A stretch of DNA of 32,000 nucleotides from Candidatus Scalindua sp. SCAELEC01. Its GTDB lineage: Bacteria > Planctomycetota > Brocadiia > Brocadiales > Scalinduaceae. Both the position numbers and the translations under genes were made by a program. The stretch covers positions 19,909 through 51,908 of the forward strand of contig SHMT01000008.1 of assembly GCA_004282745.1 (NCBI GenBank), read 5' to 3'. Shown here piece by piece: positions 26,683-32,000 of this stretch (the stretch's first letter is position 1; each line of letters starts with the position of its first letter). A model generated the notes under the pieces. That model saw only the letters and a program-made list of their open reading frames with translations, did no database searches and had not been told where the DNA came from.

Positions 26683-27095
26683 AAACAAATATATATCGAA
26701 CGATACAACTACCAACTTGAACCACATAGTAACACACATTAAGCATTAAAGCAAGGGGAAATATATTTTGTCAAACCAAAAGAGAATGGCTCTCCTGAAA
26801 ACACCGTATAAGATACATGTTTTCAGGAGCGTATTGTGGCAACAGAAGAGATTATTACATGTAATTATTGTAAATTGATTTTCTGTTTTCAATCGGTATA
26901 CTAAAGAGAAAGCAACGCATAAGAAAAGAGTCTCAATAAAGTAAGTGAAAACGATGGCGCTGTTTGAGAAAAATTATCGCACATAGGATTTGACGAGAAG
27001 TAAGACCCATAAAGTAAATTTTAATTACCACTATTGTGGTAATGGTTTTTTCCTAAGCCGGCGCTTGGGAACAGGAAAGTAAGGGGGTAACAACA

Positions 27096-27305
27096 TTGAA
27101 GGTCACAGTTATTATTATCAGTTCTCTTTCTATTTTATTCTTATTTGCCGCTATACACTACGGTTTTGGGGTTCATGCAGGGAAGATTAGGGCATCCGAC
27201 CATATGACAGTCGCATTAATTGCAACCGGCATCTCTATTATCACCCATGGGTTCGTTATTGCCTTTTTCCCAGAAAAAAAGAGAACAGAGAATGATAAGA
27301 AATAG
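27096..27305 (+). CDS. Small two-TM membrane protein
   Basis: TTG start; KVTVIIISSLSILFLFAAIHYGFGVHAGK...MTVALIATGISIITHGFVIAFFPEKK. Confidence 0.5.
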   Translation: MKVTVIIISSLSILFLFAAIHYGFGVHAGKIRASDHMTVALIATGISIITHGFVIAFFPEKKRTENDKK

Positions 27306-27640
27306 AACCGTATTTTGTCTTCTGTTTCTCGGGTTTTTGTCCACCACCTTAACCACAGGGTGTGATCAAAAAAATGGTCAATGAGGTTGTCGACTCTGTA
27401 TCAGAAGATCAGGTGTTTTCTGAACTGGCATTGAATACTTTCGAAAAAGAAACAGGCGTAAAGGTAAGGGTTGTCTATGATACGGAAGAGACAAAAGGCA
27501 CAGGAGTGAGGAGCTTCTCTTTACCCTTGTTGAAAGTGATGATGCTACAAATGCAATAAGGGAATGTTTTTACAATGCGCCCCACAGTAAAAATATGTTG
27601 TCAACGTCTTGTTAATTATTAATTTTGTTTTGTGTAATGG
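27292..27640 (+). pseudogene. Decayed extracellular solute-binding lipoprotein (Fe3+/ABC type)
   Basis: Lipoprotein signal MIRNRTVFCLLFLGFLSTTLTTGCDQKNGQ* and, in a shifted frame, NEVVDSVSEDQVFSELALNTFEKETGVKVRVVYDTEETKGTGV, resembling the N-terminus of mature periplasmic iron-binding proteins; the rest is missing. Confidence 0.6.
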
Positions 27641-27650
27641 AAGGATTTAG

Positions 27651-29294
27651 ATGATGAAAGCTTCTGATTTGTTTGTGAAAGCCCTTGAGAATGAAGGTGT
27701 TAAATATGTGTTTGGAATACCGGGTGAAGAGAACTTAGATTTTTTAAATTCCCTTAAAGACTCTAAAATAGAGTTAATTTTAACCCGCCATGAACAGGGT
27801 GCCGGTTTTATGGCAGCCACCGTTGGCCGCTTAACGGGTAAACCGGGAGTTTGTCTTGCCACTCTAGGACCTGGTGCTACCAATCTGGTAACTACAGCAG
27901 CTTATGCTACCTTAGGCGCGATGCCTATGCTCATGATCACAGGGCAGAAGCCCATAAAGAAAAGTAAACAGGGCCGGTTCCAAATTATTGACACCATCGA
28001 TATGATGCGTCCCATTACCAAATACAGTAAACAAATAGTCAATGGTAATAGCATTCCGTCCATGACGCGAGAAGCCTTCAGGGTAGCACAAGAAGAGAGG
28101 CCGGGAGCCGTTCACTTGGAACTGCCCGAAGATATTGCTGTTGAAGAGTGTGAGGAGCGTATATTTGAGGTGGTTGGCTACCGGAGACCTGACGCAGATG
28201 ACCTGGCTATTTCAAAAGCCACCCAGATGATTAAAGATGCCAAGATGCCTCTAATTCTGATAGGTGCGGGAGCTAATCGAAAGCGCACGAGCAAAGCCCT
28301 TCGGAATTTGGTTGAAACAACACAGATTCCCTATTTTACTACTCAAATGGGTAAGGGGGTCATTGATGCAAGACATCCACAATGCTTAGGCACCGCAGCG
28401 TTGTCAGATCATGATTTTGTACACTGCGCAATTAGCAGGGCAGATTTGATCATTAACATTGGTCATGATGTAATAGAAAAGCCACCTTTTTTTATGGCTG
28501 ATCACCAAAAAGTCATCCATGTAAACTTTTTCCCGGCCCATGTAGATGATGTCTATTTTCCTCAACTTATTGTAGTTGGCGATATTGCAACATCCGTAGA
28601 GCATCTTGCCCGCCATCTTGGAGAACTGAAAGCCAACTGGGACTTCTCTTATTTTAAGCGTATCAAAGATAATGTCAAAGAGCACTTATCAAAATATTTT
28701 GAAGATCCTCGCTTTCCCATACTCCCTCAAAGAATTGTGAACATCATCAGACAACAGCTTCCTGACGATGGTATTGTCAGCTTAGATAATGGTGTTTATA
28801 AAATCTGGTTTGCCAGAAGCTATCCCTGTTATAAGCCAAACACTCTTCTTTTAGACAACGCTTTGGCAACCATGGGAGCTGGATTGCCATCAGCCATAGC
28901 TGCTAAAATGATAAAACCTAAAAAAAAGGTGATTGCTGTCTGTGGTGATGGTGGTTTTATGATGAACTCTCAAGAGCTGGAAACAGCTACCAGGCTCGGT
29001 TTAGATCTGACAGTAATTATTCTGAATGACGGCGGTTATGGTATGATAAAATGGAAACAAGAAGGCCTGGGCTTTGATAACTTTGGTTTAGAGTATAAAA
29101 ACCCCGATTTTGTTAAGTATGCTGAAAGTTACGGAGCCAGAGGCTATCGTCCTCGTAGTGTACAGGACTTTATAGATATACTGAAAAAAACGCTCACGAC
29201 TCCTGGTGTTCACGTGATTGATCTGGCCGTTGACTACTCTTTAAACCACAGCATCTTAAACGTCTTGCTCAAACAAAAAACCTGTATATTATAA
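27651..29294 (+). CDS. Acetolactate synthase large-subunit-like, TPP-dependent enzyme
   Basis: 547 aa; GIPGEENLDFLNSL, LTRHEQGAGFMAATVGRLTGKPGVCLATLGPGATNLVTTAAYA; C-terminal TPP motif VIAVCGDGGFMMNSQELETATRLGLDLTVIILNDGGYG. Confidence 0.93.
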   Translation: MMKASDLFVKALENEGVKYVFGIPGEENLDFLNSLKDSKIELILTRHEQGAGFMAATVGRLTGKPGVCLATLGPGATNLVTTAAYATLGAMPMLMITGQKPIKKSKQGRFQIIDTIDMMRPITKYSKQIVNGNSIPSMTREAFRVAQEERPGAVHLELPEDIAVEECEERIFEVVGYRRPDADDLAISKATQMIKDAKMPLILIGAGANRKRTSKALRNLVETTQIPYFTTQMGKGVIDARHPQCLGTAALSDHDFVHCAISRADLIINIGHDVIEKPPFFMADHQKVIHVNFFPAHVDDVYFPQLIVVGDIATSVEHLARHLGELKANWDFSYFKRIKDNVKEHLSKYFEDPRFPILPQRIVNIIRQQLPDDGIVSLDNGVYKIWFARSYPCYKPNTLLLDNALATMGAGLPSAIAAKMIKPKKKVIAVCGDGGFMMNSQELETATRLGLDLTVIILNDGGYGMIKWKQEGLGFDNFGLEYKNPDFVKYAESYGARGYRPRSVQDFIDILKKTLTTPGVHVIDLAVDYSLNHSILNVLLKQKTCIL

Positions 29295-29855
29295 ACGCAC
29301 ACAAATTGTTAACCAGAAATCCCGATACAATAAACTTCATTTTGCTATGAATCTTCAGTTGTCAATTTTTGCACTCCGTAGAAAAATGCAACATCGATGA
29401 GAAATGCCACCTTATTTATCTGCACCAGAAATACGCCGAGGGAGACCTTAACTTGTATGGGAGTAAAGCCTTATTGATATCGATACTATCCACAGAAGTA
29501 ACACTATACATGTGGCACATTAGTTGCTACAACATTCCACATATAGTACTATACAGCCATCACTTCTGTCTGTTTAAAAGTAAAAAGATCTATTTTCATT
29601 GACGCACTTGCTTGACGAGAGAAAATAGGAATAGATTACTGTATATCCAGTATAAAGAGATGAAAAGATCTCTTATTAACCTATTTAAGGAGGCAACAGA
29701 TTGAAATCACACCACGACTACAATCACTATTACGGTGATATCTATCCATCTCTTCTTAAAAGACCGACGTCACTCTTGAGAAGATTTTTTTTACCGATAC
29801 GTTGGTTTTGGTTGAGTATCTGGAGCAACTGATGTCAATATAAAGGAGTTGAAAA

Positions 29856-30257
29856 ATGGACAATAGAAAAATTGATATGCCACTGAGAATAACATTCAGA
29901 CTAATACCCCTTATCGCCATGAGGAAGATTCCTAACGTCTGGAACAGGGTAACGGTCATGCGTGTTGGAACCGAAGGTTTCCGTTTTTCCCATAATGAAC
30001 ATTTAGAAGTTGGTTCTCTTATTGATCTAAAAATTGATTTTCCAGGGATTGGATATACAACACACTGTATTGGAGAAATAGACCGTACAGAGCAGTTTCA
30101 GCAATCCTCTCTTTTCTCTATTACCGTAAAAATAAGGGAGATGGAGAGGCAGGATAAAGAGTTTATGGAAACTATTGTTGAAGAGATGGTACTATTTAGC
30201 GAAAGCATATCCATAATAAAACAGGTAACTTCCTTTGAAACGCACATTCGACTATAA
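29856..30257 (+). CDS. PilZ-like domain protein (tentative)
   Basis: 133 aa; NRVTVMRVGTEGFRFSHNEHLEVGSLIDLKIDFPGIGYTTHCIGEIDR: layout typical of PilZ-like barrels. Confidence 0.5.
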   Translation: MDNRKIDMPLRITFRLIPLIAMRKIPNVWNRVTVMRVGTEGFRFSHNEHLEVGSLIDLKIDFPGIGYTTHCIGEIDRTEQFQQSSLFSITVKIREMERQDKEFMETIVEEMVLFSESISIIKQVTSFETHIRL

Positions 30258-30717
30258 AATAGGAATTATTTCAGATACCCACGGCCTTGTTCGCCCACAA
30301 ATTGTGAATCTATTCGCAGACGTCGATTTGATTATACATGCAGGTGATATCGGGAATCCGGATGTGTTAAAAGCATTACAATCCATTGCTAAAGTTCACG
30401 CCGTTCACGGGAATGTTGACGTTGGAAAATTAGCCGCAAATTTGCCGAAAATCGAAGTGATAAAAGTAGGTGAACTTCTTTTCTGTGTACTTCATGATAT
30501 TTACGACCTCGCCTTTGATCCCGCTGCAGCGGGATTTCATGCCGTAATCAGCGGCCATTCACACATACCGACAATCGAAAAAAGAGGCGGTGTACTTTTT
30601 CTCAATCCGGGAAGTGCGGGTCCCAAGCGTTTCAAGCATCCCGTTACTCTTGCCTTTATCTATGTAAAAGGTATTACTCTGGAGGCTGAGGTGGTTGAGG
30701 TAGGGGAGACAACTTAA
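30235..30717 (+). CDS. YfcE/MJ0936-type metallophosphoesterase
   Basis: KIGIISDTHGLV, IIHAGDIGNPDVL, HAVHGNVD, FHAVISGHSHIPTIEKRGGVLFLNPGSAG. Confidence 0.95.
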   Translation: MKRTFDYKIGIISDTHGLVRPQIVNLFADVDLIIHAGDIGNPDVLKALQSIAKVHAVHGNVDVGKLAANLPKIEVIKVGELLFCVLHDIYDLAFDPAAAGFHAVISGHSHIPTIEKRGGVLFLNPGSAGPKRFKHPVTLAFIYVKGITLEAEVVEVGETT

Positions 30718-31058
30718 GATTCTGTTCCTGAATCAAGCTTTGATTTACTTATTGTCTCAATCATAGGACGAATGATCTCTTTTTTCTCCTCTCTAACAGC
30801 ATCTAGCAAGTCTTCTATACCATAAATACTCTTTAACTCTTCTATGATCTCTTGCGTAATCATTTTCTCGCCATAATGACCATGCATACCAAATGCAAGG
30901 GCATGTGCGATGCAGCTTGCACACTCACACGTACCAATTGTATAAAATGGGGAGGTATTAAAAGACCCAGTACCATGTGTCTCCTTAGAGTAGTGGTTAT
31001 TAAAATAACCATCATCCTGTATATGATTCAGTTTATAAACAATGTCTGTGTATTTCAC
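30714..31058 (-). CDS. Conserved-looking protein of unknown function
   Basis: 114 aa, convergent with the phosphoesterase with a 4-nt overlap; Cys/His-rich centre TIGTCECASCIAHALAFGMHGHYGEK. Confidence 0.5.
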   Translation of the reverse strand: MKYTDIVYKLNHIQDDGYFNNHYSKETHGTGSFNTSPFYTIGTCECASCIAHALAFGMHGHYGEKMITQEIIEELKSIYGIEDLLDAVREEKKEIIRPMIETISKSKLDSGTES

Positions 31059-31298
31059 TCTTCTCTACCCTCTCTGTGTGGGTCGTAAATGACGGTAACA
31101 AATAATACAACCGCTTTCATATTATCGTATCGCTCTCATAAATAGGTTCGCCAGGATACCAGCACCTGCACGCTCGGTAAAAGGTAGTGTAGTAGTAAGC
31201 GACCTTTTGCATGTATAAATGACCCATCAAGCAGAATGCTTAGCATTACTATACGAATTCAAAGAACCGAGAATCACTATGTAATGGGCACAAAATCC

Positions 31299-32000
31299 CT
31301 AATCAGCAAGGCAATCTACCTGGTCATTGTGGAGACATTCAGATTTTGGAAGTACGTCACCCTCTTTACGGTTTTTCCCCTTTAATAGGTCTGTGTATTC
31401 CCCCTGACTCCAGAACTTGAACGGCACATGCTCAATATCCATAGCCTTCTCTAATCTCGCCATTCTCTTAAGCCTTGAAGCTTCCGCCTTAATGGCAATC
31501 AGCTTTCGGTGCATTGGAATGGCGCCGCCTCTACTATAACTGTGATTTTCCATCGAGGAGTGCGCCGCTGCTTTATACACGTTCGTTATCTGATACGTCG
31601 CCATTTCAAAAAACAACCGTTCTATGTTGGAAACATTATATACCCGCGTTTCTCCTTCAGGCAAAAGACTAAATATGCTATGCCCCTGCCAGTCAGGTGC
31701 CAGTCCTTCAGGCATAGGATCAAGTATACCTTCGTCATAAAGATCTATTATTATGTTGTAGGCCTCTCGTACCTTTGCAAAGTTAAGATTTACGATATCA
31801 TCCATAGCGCTCAGCTGGTCTCTTGCAAAGTTTGAAGAGTGACAATTTTTACAAACCTTAATCCACGCATTACGTTTCTTTTCATGTTTCTTTGCTCCAC
31901 GATCAACTTGCGATGAACCCATATAGGTAAACTCTGTTGAGGCGTTTAAAATATCATGATTTCCTTCCGGCATATGGCAGTAGGCACACGTGGGAGTTCT
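31299..32000 (-). CDS. HAO-like multiheme c-type cytochrome, C-terminal portion (gene continues past the window)
   Basis: Reverse-strand reading is open to the window edge: RTPTCAYCHMPEGNHDILNASTEFTYMG... (CAYCH), then CKNCHSSNFARDQLSAMDDIVNLNFAKVREAYNIIIDLY; C-terminal helical segment IERLFFEMATYQITNVYKAAAHSSMENHSYSRGGAIPMHRKLIAIKAEASRLKRMARLEKA, typical of hydroxylamine-oxidoreductase-like octaheme proteins. Confidence 0.8.
   Translation of the reverse strand, partial: RTPTCAYCHMPEGNHDILNASTEFTYMGSSQVDRGAKKHEKKRNAWIKVCKNCHSSNFARDQLSAMDDIVNLNFAKVREAYNIIIDLYDEGILDPMPEGLAPDWQGHSIFSLLPEGETRVYNVSNIERLFFEMATYQITNVYKAAAHSSMENHSYSRGGAIPMHRKLIAIKAEASRLKRMARLEKAMDIEHVPFKFWSQGEYTDLLKGKNRKEGDVLPKSECLHNDQVDCLAD

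Noticed and set aside
1-32000. Search for tRNA, rRNA or classical riboswitches.
   Set aside because: No recognisable tRNA TPsiC/anticodon pattern, rRNA segment or well-known riboswitch consensus was seen by eye. tRNAscan-SE and Infernal would be needed to exclude them.

Overview
This 32 kb bacterial window, probably from an anammox-type planctomycete (inferred from a partial HAO-like multiheme protein plus an unusual fatty-acid/polyketide-like cluster), can be read in blocks. (1) 1-6971: a MoxR ATPase / DUF58 / membrane-anchored, extremely repetitive G-Q-A-E-K-rich protein locus on the minus strand. It is split by a HicAB toxin-antitoxin pair, a DUF4143-type ATPase remnant and a MITE-like repeat. 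(2) 7381-10309: glycine-zipper lipoprotein, PhnP-like MBL hydrolase and MATE exporter, all on the minus strand. (3) 10400-14900: a repeat-rich accessory zone carrying acpS and an AAA/DUF4143 ATPase, with at least four families of short inverted-terminal repeat elements, one nested inside another. (4) 15026-22771: the most interesting locus, a same-strand cluster of B12-binding radical SAM protein, ketosynthase with intact Cys-His-His motifs, degenerate ketosynthase (Cys to Phe, His to Asn, His to Glu; chain-length-factor-like), FadH/old-yellow-enzyme-like Fe-S flavin reductase, crotonase and FabG. (5) 23100-26600: an RNA-remodelling/cold-shock group (RRM protein, RhlE-type DEAD-box helicase, second RRM protein, Csp). 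(6) 27100-32000: a decayed solute-binding lipoprotein, acetolactate-synthase-like TPP enzyme, PilZ-like protein, YfcE-like phosphoesterase, a small unknown protein, and the C-terminal part of a HAO-like multiheme cytochrome running off the window. No tRNA, rRNA or CRISPR was recognised. All family calls come from reading motifs by eye; no database search was run.
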